Below, in pieces: positions 1 through 9,400 of a DNA stretch of 64,000 nucleotides. This stretch comes from an uncultured Dehalococcoidales bacterium (GTDB lineage: Bacteria > Chloroflexota > Dehalococcoidia > GIF9 > UBA5629): positions 2,859 to 66,858 of the forward strand of contig CAZKOL010000005.1 of the NCBI GenBank assembly GCA_964554375.1. The letters run 5' to 3'. A program made the position numbers and the translations under genes. The notes beneath the pieces are model-generated. The model ran no database searches and was not told the origin of the DNA. It worked only from the letters and a program-made list of their open reading frames with translations. Every line of letters starts with the position of its first letter. The stretch's first letter is position 1.

Positions 1-1149
1 AGCATGATCCTGGGCGATTTCGGGGCGGACATCGTCAAGGTGGAGGCCGTACCCCAGGCCGGCGGACGCAATCTGATCGATCCCGCCGAGGCCGAGGCGC
101 TCAAGTCGCTGATGGCCTTCAATGCCCTCAACCGCAACAAAAAGAGCATCCGCCTGAACCTCAAATCGGAGGAGGGGAAAAAGGTTTTCTATAAACTGGC
201 CAAAGAGGCCGATGTGGTCATCGAAGGCTTCCGCCCCGGTGTGGCCGGGCGCATGGGCGTGGACTACGAAACAATCAGCAAGCTCAACCCGCGCGTTGTA
301 TATTGTTCACTGAGCGGGTACGGACAGGATGGACCCTACAGCCAGAATCCGGGACACGACATCAACTACATCTCCATAGCCGGCGCGCTTAATCTCATCG
401 GCTGGCCGGGCATGCCCCCTGCCATCCCGATGAATTTCCTGGCCGACTTCGCCGGCGCCTCCCTGCACGGTGTTATGGGTATCCTGCTGGCACTCTTCGC
501 ACGCCAATCTTCGGGCAAGGGGCAGTTTGTGGATATATCCTATACAGACAGCGTGATAACCCTTATGACCTTCTTCCTGCAGCAACATTTCGCGGGCGGC
601 ATGAAGTTCCCCCGCGGGCAGTGGGCGCTGTCCGGAGGTTACCCCTATTACCAAACCTACGAGACATCCGACGGCAAGCTGATCAGCGTGGGATGCGTGG
701 AGCCCTGGTTCTGGGAAAATATGTGCCGCGCCATCGGCCGGGACGACCTCAAGGGATTCAGCTTCAAACCCGACCATTTCATGCAGCCGCAACCGGATGA
801 GGCATGGCAACGGGTTGCGGAGGAGGTCAGAAAGGTCTTCCTGACAAAGACGCGCGACGAGTGGTTCGAAATCCTGTGCAAACACGACGCGCCGGCCGGA
901 AAGGTTTACGAGATAGACGAAATCTTCACCGATCCGCAGCTCCTGCACCGCAAGATGCTGCTGGAATTCGACCATCCAAAGCTGGGCAAGGTCAGGCAGC
1001 CCGGCATCGCGCTCAAGCTCTCGCAGACACCGGGCAGCGTGCGAAGCATGGCGCCCTTCTCAGGCGAGAACACTGACGAGGTAATGAGGTCTTTGGGCTA
1101 TAGCGAACAGGATATCGACGGCTTGCGCAAAGCTAATGCAATAGGCTAA
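1..1149 (+). CDS. Family III CoA-transferase (CaiB/BaiF/AMACR-like), 5' end cut by window edge
   Basis: The reading frame is open to base 1. The blocks 'GDFGADIVKVE' and 'GFRPGVAGRMGVDYETISKLNPRVVYCSLSGYGQDGPY' are typical family-III CoA-transferase segments. About 25 N-terminal residues appear to be missing. Confidence 0.85.
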   Translation, partial: SMILGDFGADIVKVEAVPQAGGRNLIDPAEAEALKSLMAFNALNRNKKSIRLNLKSEEGKKVFYKLAKEADVVIEGFRPGVAGRMGVDYETISKLNPRVVYCSLSGYGQDGPYSQNPGHDINYISIAGALNLIGWPGMPPAIPMNFLADFAGASLHGVMGILLALFARQSSGKGQFVDISYTDSVITLMTFFLQQHFAGGMKFPRGQWALSGGYPYYQTYETSDGKLISVGCVEPWFWENMCRAIGRDDLKGFSFKPDHFMQPQPDEAWQRVAEEVRKVFLTKTRDEWFEILCKHDAPAGKVYEIDEIFTDPQLLHRKMLLEFDHPKLGKVRQPGIALKLSQTPGSVRSMAPFSGENTDEVMRSLGYSEQDIDGLRKANAIG

Positions 1150-1174
1150 AATTTGGCATACAGGAGGTGGGAAT

Positions 1175-1414
1175 ATGGCAGCCAAAGCATTCGTACTGGT
1201 GACGACATCGGTGGGACAGACTAAATCGGTCCTCACTCATCTCAAGAAGCTCGACGGGATAAAGAGCGTCGATGCCGTGATGGGACCTTACGACATCATA
1301 GCTGTCGTAGAGGGAGAATCAGTGGATAACGTGGGCAAGCTCATCACCGAGCAATTCCACAAGATAAGCGGCATCGAGCGCACAACTACCTGCCAGACGA
1401 TCAGGATCGCCTGA
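1175..1414 (+). CDS. Stand-alone Lrp/AsnC-type ligand-binding (RAM) domain protein, 79 aa
   Basis: SD caGGAGGtgggaatATG. The pattern 'AFVLV..., LKKLDGIKSVDAVMGPYDIIAVVE' matches the C-terminal effector domain of AsnC/Lrp proteins, and no HTH is present. Confidence 0.65.
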   Translation: MAAKAFVLVTTSVGQTKSVLTHLKKLDGIKSVDAVMGPYDIIAVVEGESVDNVGKLITEQFHKISGIERTTTCQTIRIA

Positions 1415-1425
1415 TAATCCCTGCC

Positions 1426-1767
1426 ATGGACTGCGTGTTCTGCAAGATCGCGGCCGGGACCATACCGGCGGATATCGTCTACAGCGATGAGGAAATGCTG
1501 GCGTTCCGCGATATCCATCCAATGGCGCCCGTGCATGATGTCCTTATCCCCAGGAAACACATAGACTCCCTGAACGGCCTCTCCGCAGCCGACCAGTCAC
1601 TGGCCGGCAGGATGATATTGGCAGCGGCCAACATTGCCAGGAAGGAGGGCATCGCGGAGTCGGGCTACAGGCTGGCTATTAATAATGGCCCGGACGGCAC
1701 GCAGGTTGTCCCACACCTCCACATCCACATCCTGGGAGGATGCATGCTCTCGGAGAAACTGGGCTAA
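1426..1767 (+). CDS. HIT-family nucleotide hydrolase/transferase
   Basis: Histidine-triad motif 'HLHIHILGG' near the C-terminus and an N-terminal 'CVFCKI'. Length is 113 aa. Confidence 0.9.
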   Translation: MDCVFCKIAAGTIPADIVYSDEEMLAFRDIHPMAPVHDVLIPRKHIDSLNGLSAADQSLAGRMILAAANIARKEGIAESGYRLAINNGPDGTQVVPHLHIHILGGCMLSEKLG

Positions 1768-2615
1768 GCCACGGCTGAAAGCGCGCCTAGCTTTTCAATG
1801 ATCTGCTCGATGGCCTCGTCCGGCGTGGAAGCCCCTGCAGTTATACCCACGGCCTTTCTCCCCTTTAACCACTCCGCATTTATCTCGCCGGCGTTTTCGA
1901 TATGATGCGTCTCCACTATATGCTGGCAGACCTCGGCCAGGCGCCGGGTGTTGGCGCTGTTGTGCCCACCCACTACGATCATGAGGTCGCTGATACCGGC
2001 CAGTTCCTCGGCCGCCAATTGCCTTTTCTGCGTCTCCTGGCAGAGCGTATTCTCCACCCTGATCTCCCTGGCCCGGGGCAGCAGCCTTTGATTGAGCCTG
2101 TTGACAAAGGCGGTGAACTCAGCCCTGCTCTGCGTGGTCTGCGCCAGTATGCCGATGCGCGCCGGCAGCTTCTCAATCGGCACATCGTCGGCATTCATTG
2201 ACGCAATGGCTTTATCACCAGCCCAACCCAGCAGGCCACGCACCTCGGGGTGGCTGGCCTCTCCGAAAATAATAACGCCGAAGCCGGCATTGGCCAGCCG
2301 CCGGGCCGCTTTCTGCGCGCTGCGCACAATGGGGCACGTTGTGTCTATTACTTCGGCCCCTCGCGCCTGTATCTTCTCCAGCACGGCCGGAGCAACACCG
2401 TGCGACGATACGGCGATCACGCCGCCTTCCAGCTTACCCACATCTTCCGCCACTCCCACTCCCAACCCCTTAAGCCGGGCGACGACAGTCCTGTTGTGGA
2501 CGATGGGCCCAAGGGTAACGATGCGCCGCTCCCGGCGTGCCGAGCTCTCGATAATCTTGAGGGCGCGCCGCACTCCGAAGCAGAATCCGAGCTCGCGGGC
2601 TTTCTCTATCTTCAT
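1764..2615 (-). CDS. ispH: 4-hydroxy-3-methylbut-2-enyl diphosphate reductase
   Basis: The blocks 'ELGFCFGVRRA', 'GPIVHN', 'DTTCPIV', 'LAQTTQS' and 'VVGGHNSANT' are IspH/LytB signatures. Its stop overlaps the HIT gene stop by 4 nt. Confidence 0.9.
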   Translation of the reverse strand: MKIEKARELGFCFGVRRALKIIESSARRERRIVTLGPIVHNRTVVARLKGLGVGVAEDVGKLEGGVIAVSSHGVAPAVLEKIQARGAEVIDTTCPIVRSAQKAARRLANAGFGVIIFGEASHPEVRGLLGWAGDKAIASMNADDVPIEKLPARIGILAQTTQSRAEFTAFVNRLNQRLLPRAREIRVENTLCQETQKRQLAAEELAGISDLMIVVGGHNSANTRRLAEVCQHIVETHHIENAGEINAEWLKGRKAVGITAGASTPDEAIEQIIEKLGALSAVA

Positions 2616-2658
2616 ATGGGGTAGATTATAGCGCCGATAATTTGCTGCGTCACCGTGC

Positions 2659-2680
2659 GGGCGGGTTTAAAAACCCGCCC
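2659..2680. repeat. GC-rich hairpin of the GGGCGG-stem family (terminator/REP-like)
   Basis: gggcgggttt-aa-aaacccgccc forms a perfect 10-bp stem. It lies 13 nt downstream of the hbd stop and has no U-tract. Related hairpins occur at 11655, 28854, 43552 and 43628. Confidence 0.6.
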
Positions 2681-2692
2681 CGACAGTGCCTG

Positions 2693-3544
2693 CTACTTGT
2701 AATCGTAAAATCCCTTGCCTGTCTTGCGTCCCAGGTGGCCGGCCGTGACCATTTTGCGCAGCAGGACGGGGGCTACAAACTTGGGATTCTTGGTCTCGGC
2801 ATAGATAGCGTCCATGACGAAGAGCAGCGTATCCAGCCCTACCATGTCGGCCAGTGTGAGCGGACCCATGGGATGGTTGAGGCCGAGCTGCACACCGATA
2901 TCGATGTCTTCCCTGGTGGCCACACCGTTCTCGTACATTTCGAAGGCCTCCACCATGTAGGGCAGGAAAGAGCGGTTGACGATGAAGCCCGGCCTGTCCG
3001 GGGCGGTGATGACGGTCTTGCCCAGCGACTTGCCCCAATCCACCGCCGTCTCAAGTGTCTCTTTGCTGGTGGTGATGGTCTTGACCAGCTCCAGCAACTT
3101 CATGAGTGGCACAGGATTGAAGAAATGGCAGCCCAGCACCTTGTCGGGCCGCTTTGTCACCGCCGCCACGTCCATGACCGATAGGCAGGACGTGTTTGTG
3201 CTCAGTATGGCGCCGGGGCGGCAGATGCTATCCAGGTCGATGAATATCTTTTTCTTGAGCTCGAGATTCTCGATGGCTGCCTCCACCACCAGGTCGCAAT
3301 CCTTGAAATCCATCATGTCAGTTGTACCCTTGATCTTGGCAAGCGTGCTGTCCATATCGGCCTGGGACAGCTTGCCCTTCTCCGCTGCCTTTGCCAGCGA
3401 TCCTCTGACGGCGCCCATGCCCTTGTCCAGCAACTCCTTGCTAATTTCAGATACGACCACGTCGTAACCAGCCCTGGCGCTAACCTCGGCGATACCGCGT
3501 CCCATCAGGCCGCAACCCACAACTCCTACTTTCTTGATTGCCAT
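2693..3544 (-). CDS. hbd: 3-hydroxybutyryl/3-hydroxyacyl-CoA dehydrogenase
   Basis: 'KKVGVVGCGLMGRGIA' Rossmann motif and the 'GCHFFNPVPLMKLLELV' signature. Length is 283 aa. Confidence 0.9.
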   Translation of the reverse strand: MAIKKVGVVGCGLMGRGIAEVSARAGYDVVVSEISKELLDKGMGAVRGSLAKAAEKGKLSQADMDSTLAKIKGTTDMMDFKDCDLVVEAAIENLELKKKIFIDLDSICRPGAILSTNTSCLSVMDVAAVTKRPDKVLGCHFFNPVPLMKLLELVKTITTSKETLETAVDWGKSLGKTVITAPDRPGFIVNRSFLPYMVEAFEMYENGVATREDIDIGVQLGLNHPMGPLTLADMVGLDTLLFVMDAIYAETKNPKFVAPVLLRKMVTAGHLGRKTGKGFYDYK

Positions 3545-3565
3545 GATATACCCTCCTGTAAAATG

Positions 3566-4336
3566 TTATTTGGCTTTAAAATCCGCCTTGCGCTTCTCGA
3601 TAAATGCCTGACGTCCCTCCTGGAAATCCTCCGTGTGTGTAACAGCCCTTTCAAGCTGATGCTCGATCTCCAGACCGTTAAGCAGCGTGGTATTCAAGCC
3701 CAGCATCATGGCCTGCTTGGCAGCCCTGGCTGCCAGCGGCGCCGGCTTGAGCAGTGTCTCGGCCATCTTCTTAGCTTCGTTCATCAGCTCAGACGCAGGC
3801 ACGACCCGGTTGACCAGGCCGATGCGGTAGGCTTCCTGTGCATCGATGGGCCGGCCCGACGTAAGCATCTCAGCAGCTTTTGCCAGCGCAATAGCCCTGG
3901 GCAAACGCTGTGTGCCGCCCCAGCCGGGGATGAGGCCCAGGTTGATCTCAGGAAAGCCGAAGGTGGCGTTCTCAGCGGCGATCCTGACATCGCAGGCCAG
4001 AGCCACTTCGAAACCACCGCCCAGGCATGCGCCGTTGATGGCAGCGATGATAGGCTTCCAGATCTGCATATCTTCGCAGATGGCCGGCGCCGGCATTTCG
4101 CCGCGATGGGCGCTTTGCTGTATCAGCGGTAATGTGGTTTTGATATCGGCCCCCACGGAGAAGGCACGCTCGCCGGACCCGGTGAGGATGGCCACCCACA
4201 GACCCTCATCGGCGTTGAAATCGTAAAAACATTTGTTGACCTCGCTGATCTGCTGCGGGTCGAACGAGTTAAGGGCTTCAGGACGGTTGAGCGTGATTAT
4301 GGCCAGCCTGCCCTCTTTCTGATAACCTACTGCCAT
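3566..4336 (-). CDS. Enoyl-CoA hydratase (crotonase family)
   Basis: 'ILTGSGERAFSVGADIK' and 'AAINGACLGGGFEVALACD' indicate the crotonase fold. I moved the start to the ATG at 4336, which is preceded by AGGAGG. The ORF track extends to 4372. Confidence 0.85.
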   Translation of the reverse strand: MAVGYQKEGRLAIITLNRPEALNSFDPQQISEVNKCFYDFNADEGLWVAILTGSGERAFSVGADIKTTLPLIQQSAHRGEMPAPAICEDMQIWKPIIAAINGACLGGGFEVALACDVRIAAENATFGFPEINLGLIPGWGGTQRLPRAIALAKAAEMLTSGRPIDAQEAYRIGLVNRVVPASELMNEAKKMAETLLKPAPLAARAAKQAMMLGLNTTLLNGLEIEHQLERAVTHTEDFQEGRQAFIEKRKADFKAK

Positions 4337-4438
4337 GATAATCCTCCTTCTTTGTCGATTGATAAACGCCAAATTATATCAAAATAGCGAATTGACGTTT
4401 AACAATATCTACCAGCCTTGCGGTCATTGACGCACTAC

Positions 4439-4523
4439 GTCATTGCGAGCGAAGCGAAGCAATCTTTGGAATCGAAGATGTCATGCTATGAGATTGCTTC
4501 GTCACTGCGTTCCTCGCAATGAC
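4439..4523. repeat. Imperfect inverted repeat (REP-like) built from the GTCATTGCGAG...GAAGCAATC motif
   Basis: The left arm is gtcattgcgagcgaagcgaagcaatct (4439-4465). The right arm is agattgcttcgtcactgcgttcctcgcaatgac (4491-4523). The terminal 10-11 nt of each arm are perfectly complementary. The element is intergenic, and a related single copy lies at 59816-59842. Confidence 0.7.
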
Positions 4524-4564
4524 AGATCGGGAAAACCGGCTATGCCCGCCGATTAAATCCTGTT

Positions 4565-5389
4565 TTACTTTAGTGCTTCGGCCATCTCGCGGGCCAGCCT
4601 CTCGCTTTCCTCGCCGTCCAACCCATCACCCACCTCCAGCTTGCGTACCATGTTCTTTATCTCGGGAGACTTTTCGAAGAGCCTGGCGATCCTGTTATTC
4701 TGCTCGGCTATGACAGAGTCCAGAGCCGTGAAATCCACACCGAGGTCAAGTTTGCTGTTGAAAAAGTAGATTAGCCGCTTGACCGACCGCGGGTCGTCTA
4801 TGGGCACCAGGTAATACGGAACGGGCACCCACAGGTTGACTGCCGGTATGCCACGCTGCCCTGCCAGCCAGGCCAGATATGAACTCAGGGTGGGCTTCTG
4901 GCCGGGTGGGGTCTCGTAATCGTTATCGCCAACAACGTTATAAGGCTCCAGAGCGGCCTTGATCTCCTTGTTATTAACGATTGAAATAAGCAGCCGCGGG
5001 ACCGTATGGGCGGCGGACGAGATCATGGCGCCCACGGTGTATATCTCCTTGACCTTGCAATCCTGCTCTGACACGTCCAGCAGCGATGTCAGGAACCGGT
5101 GCCAGCGCATCCTGGGGATACTGCTCTTGAAAATGACCAGCCCCTTGCTGTCGGAGACGTAGAGCTTGCTCTGAGGAAAGCCTGCGACACCGTCCACTAC
5201 ATTCACGCCACCCATGGGGAAAAAGCCCTCGGGCAGTATCTCGCCGAACTCCCTGCAGCCCAGGGATTGCATGAGATAGTCCGCCGTCCGTTCAGCCAGG
5301 CTGCTGGCATCCTCGGCCCAGGCAACTATCAAGACAGACCCTTTCAGGTCAGGACTGCCGCTCAATCTAATAGCCTCTTCCCCGCTCAA
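4565..5389 (-). CDS. PAC2-family (proteasome assembly chaperone 2-like) protein, paralog B
   Basis: 'GSVLIVAWAEDASSLAE...GFFPMGGV' is PAC2-like and is followed by a charged helical C-terminal tail. The TTG start overlaps the upstream TGA as TTGA. Confidence 0.65.
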   Translation of the reverse strand: MSGEEAIRLSGSPDLKGSVLIVAWAEDASSLAERTADYLMQSLGCREFGEILPEGFFPMGGVNVVDGVAGFPQSKLYVSDSKGLVIFKSSIPRMRWHRFLTSLLDVSEQDCKVKEIYTVGAMISSAAHTVPRLLISIVNNKEIKAALEPYNVVGDNDYETPPGQKPTLSSYLAWLAGQRGIPAVNLWVPVPYYLVPIDDPRSVKRLIYFFNSKLDLGVDFTALDSVIAEQNNRIARLFEKSPEIKNMVRKLEVGDGLDGEESERLAREMAEALK

Positions 5390-6303
5390 TGCTGCTCTCC
5401 TCCACCATCATGTTTAAAGAATTTATCTATATCTTCGAGTATCTTTTTCTTATCATCCTCGGTAATCAGCCCTTCGCTCTCGGCCGCAGCCACAGTAGAC
5501 TCTTTGAGCCGGTCCAGCTGTTGTTTGATCTCGTCGGGGAGTTTCTCATAGAGCCGTGTCAGCTCGCTTTCGCTCTGCCGGGCCATCTCATCTATAACTT
5601 CCATGTCTATCCACATATCCAGGGCGGCCGAAAGCACCTCGAGAACCGACTTGGACCCCTTGGGATAAGGGAAGGGGAAACCTTGCAGGTAGACCGGTAT
5701 CTCTCCCATAATGCAGACCGCATCGATGCCACGGCGACGGGCTATGCCCAGCAACAGCCCGTTGAGGCCGGCTATATTGCCCTCGCCCCCGCGTCCCTCG
5801 ATATCTGACATCAGCACTGCATTATCATAACTTTTAAATTCTGCTATAAGGTTTGGCGAGTTGGGCACAGCCCAGGCGCGCGACCTGGCGGTATGATGTA
5901 TGGGCGATACCGCTGCGCCGGAAGTGTAAATACGTCTGCAAGCGTACTTCTCAGCTACATCCAGCACCAGGTTGGCCATGCCATAGGCCATGCTGCCTGT
6001 GGCGTAAACGCCCCCTCCCTCGGCCGGCTGCTCTTCCCCGATAAATATAATAAGGTCGCTCCTGCCGTTCCTGTGGTAGAAAAAATCGCTGGCGGGAAAA
6101 TCCAGCTCAACCAGCTCGCCGCCTCTAATAATCACTTTCCTGGGATAGAAAAATTCATAGGGCTCTATCTGAGCCATCTGCTCGGCGCGCAACGACCTGC
6201 GCAACGTGTCAAGAGCGATCAGGCCGATATTGCCGATACCCGGCCAGGCCGCGATCATCACCGGGTCGATCAACCCGGGCTCTTTTATATAGCGGATCCC
6301 CAT
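5386..6303 (-). CDS. PAC2-family (proteasome assembly chaperone 2-like) protein, paralog A
   Basis: 'VMIAAWPGIGNIGLIALDTLR' is the PAC2 N-terminal block. The start is set to the ATG at 6303, preceded by GGAGGG. The ORF track extends to 6357. Confidence 0.7.
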   Translation of the reverse strand: MGIRYIKEPGLIDPVMIAAWPGIGNIGLIALDTLRRSLRAEQMAQIEPYEFFYPRKVIIRGGELVELDFPASDFFYHRNGRSDLIIFIGEEQPAEGGGVYATGSMAYGMANLVLDVAEKYACRRIYTSGAAVSPIHHTARSRAWAVPNSPNLIAEFKSYDNAVLMSDIEGRGGEGNIAGLNGLLLGIARRRGIDAVCIMGEIPVYLQGFPFPYPKGSKSVLEVLSAALDMWIDMEVIDEMARQSESELTRLYEKLPDEIKQQLDRLKESTVAAAESEGLITEDDKKKILEDIDKFFKHDGGGEQH

Positions 6304-6469
6304 ATATTTCCCTCCGGCAAATTGATTATAGCATACCAGGTGTTGGCTAAACGGCAAACTGCATACAATTCCAGCGGTGCGATATTCGGAGGACGGTTAG
6401 TCAGCTATATAAAAACTTGACATTGAGACGCATAATCAAGATGATATTAAACAGAGCAGGCATTGTGAA

Positions 6470-9400
6470 GTGAAGCGAGCAGGCCGTGCCGCCGCCGCAG
6501 GGGCGGCCGTCAAGAAAAAGTTCAGTGGGCTGCCGAAAATCCTCATTGCGGACGACAGCGAGGAGAGCCTGCGCCTCTACAGCACCATTTTAAAAAACAA
6601 AGGCTACCGTATCACCACTGCCGTAAACGGAATGGAGGCACTAAAGAAAGCACGCAAGGACCCGCCTGAACTAATATTCTCAGATATACTCATGCCCGTC
6701 ATGGACGGGTTTCGTCTTTTACAGGAATGCAAAGCAGACCCGGCCTTGAGCAATATCCGGTTCGTTTTCATCACCGGCGCATTTACTGACAACAAAGACG
6801 AGGAGCTCGGGCTCAAGCTGGGCGCCGATGTGTTCCTGCGCAAGCCCATCGAGCCGGACGAACTCCTGCATGCACTGGAGGAAGTACTTTCCATCAAACC
6901 CACGGCCGGAAAGAGGCGGCACAAGCCGAAAGAAGATAAGCGCAGACCGGAGAACGACCTGTACAATGCCGCCATCATGCAGAAGCTCGAGCAGAAGATG
7001 CAGGCACTGGAAGATGAGATAGCGGACCACCAGAAATCCGAGGAATCCCTGGCAAAAAGCGAGGAACAATACCGCTATCTTTTCGAGACCATGGATCAGG
7101 GCGTGATGTGCTGGGCCGAAGGCAGTGTAATATCGGCTAACCCGGCGGCGGCCAGGATACTGGGCATGGACGACAAAGACCTGCTGGGACGGACCGCAGC
7201 CGATCCCATTTGGAAAGCCTTTTACGAGGATGGGAGCGATTTTGCTGCCGACGATTTCCCGGTAACCGTGGCGTTTAAAACCGGCAGACCTGTGCGAGAT
7301 GTGACCATGGGGTTTTTCAACGGCAGGGATGATAAATTTCATTGGATCCGGGTTAGCGGCATACCCCAGTTCCACCCCGGTGAAGACAGGCCTTATCAGG
7401 TCTATGCCACCCTGGATGATATCACAGACCGCTTTTTCGCCTTCAAAGCGCTGCAGGAGAGCGAGTCGCGCATGTCGGCCATCCTTGAAAATACCCAGGA
7501 CGCTATGTGGTCGGTCGACCGCGATTTCCGCCTGATTGCGGCCAACAACAGCGCTCGCAAATTCTATAAACAAATTTACGGCGTCACCCTTACTGAGGGT
7601 ATGGACGTACGTTCTGCGATGCCCTGGGAAAACAGTGACCCCTGGACCGCGGTCGGGCAGCGGATATTGAACGGCGAGAGGGTTACATTTGAAAAGCGCT
7701 ACGACTTTGCCGAAAGCCCCGCCTATTACGAATTCTCGATCAGCCCCATCGTTTCAGCATCCGGGCGAGTTACGGGAGCCGCGAGTTCCGCCAAGGATAT
7801 AACCGAGCGTAAAAAGGCAGAGCAGCAGATGAAGGAGAGCGAGGAGATCTTCCGCAAGGCGGTACAGAGCACCACCGACATCGTCTGGGATTGGGACATC
7901 GGCAGCGGCCACGTAGAGTGGTACGGGGACATCGACGGCATGCTGGGATATAACCGCGATGAATTCCCTCGCACCCTGGCAGCCTGGGAAAACGCGCTGC
8001 ACCCGGACGACCACGACCGTGTCATGGCAGCGCTCGATCGTCATGCCGAAACCGGTGAGCCATATAACGTCGAGTATCGCATCGTGCGCAGAGACGGGTC
8101 GCTGCGCAACTGGATCGACCGCGGTCTGGTGATCTATGATGAAAACGGCAAGATCACCCATTCTATAGGGGCTTGCGTCGATATCACGGAACACAGGCAA
8201 TCGGAGCAGCGGGGCAGGATACGCCGCGACCTGGCCTTGAAGTTAGCCGGATGCGCAGACATGCAGACAGCGCTCCGATACTGCCTGGATGCTGCTATCG
8301 AGATCTCCGGGTTCGACACGGGCGCGATCTTTATCCGTGATGAAAAGAGCGGCGATTTCAAGGCCGCATGCCACCACGGGGGCTCTGCATACCTGGAAGA
8401 ACACTACTCTGTCCTGAAAGCCGATTCCGTTGACGCCCGCATCAGAAGGAAAGGCCAGTCAATTTACGTAACAGCCGAGGAGTTCACAACTCCATTTGAC
8501 GAACAGCTCAGGCCGGAGGGGCTGACATTCGATGCGATGATACCGGTCGTTTACCAGGGACGGGTTATAGCCAGCCTGGATCTCTTTTCTCATACGCAAA
8601 ATAATCTGCCCCTCGTAATCCGGGATTCGCTGGAAGCGATAGCCGCCGATATCGGCATTATCATCGACCGTATCTCCTCCAGACAGGCTTTACAGGACAG
8701 CGAGGAGAAATACCGGCTGGTGGTCGAAAACGCCGGCGAGGCCATCTTTGTAGCGCAGGACGGTATGCTGAAATTTGCCAACCAGAATACCGCCAGCATG
8801 ATTGGTTACCAGGGAAAAGACCTGTCATCAAAACCCTTCATTGATTTCATACACCCGGATGACAGGGAGTTTGTTGTCGAAAGGCATCTACGCCGACTCA
8901 AGGGTGAAATATTCGAGGAAACATATCCCTTCCGCGTAGTCAAGCGCGACGGACAGATGCGCTGGGTAGAGATACAGGCGGTTTTGATACAGTGGGAGGA
9001 ACGGCCGGCCACACTCAATTTTATTACAGATATCACCGAGCGCAGGCGGGCGGAAAAAGCGCTGATCGAGAGCGAAATAAAATACCGCAGCCTGGTTGAC
9101 ACATCGTCGTCCGGCGTGGCGGTGGCCGACGAAACGGGCAACCTCACCTTAGTCAACGACCGGCTGTGCCAGATCTACGGTTATGACAAGGACGAGGTGA
9201 TGGGCAGGCAGTTCTTTGACTTCATACACCCGGATGACAGGGAAAGGATAACCGCAGACTTCCTGGAGGCCGTGACAAAGAACCAGACGCTGCCCGCAAT
9301 TGAGTTCCGCGGCGTGCGCAAAGATGGTTCCATTGTCTGGCTGTTCACCAATCCCAGCACCCTGATAATAGAGGGGCGCTTAACAGGCTTCAGTGTGATC

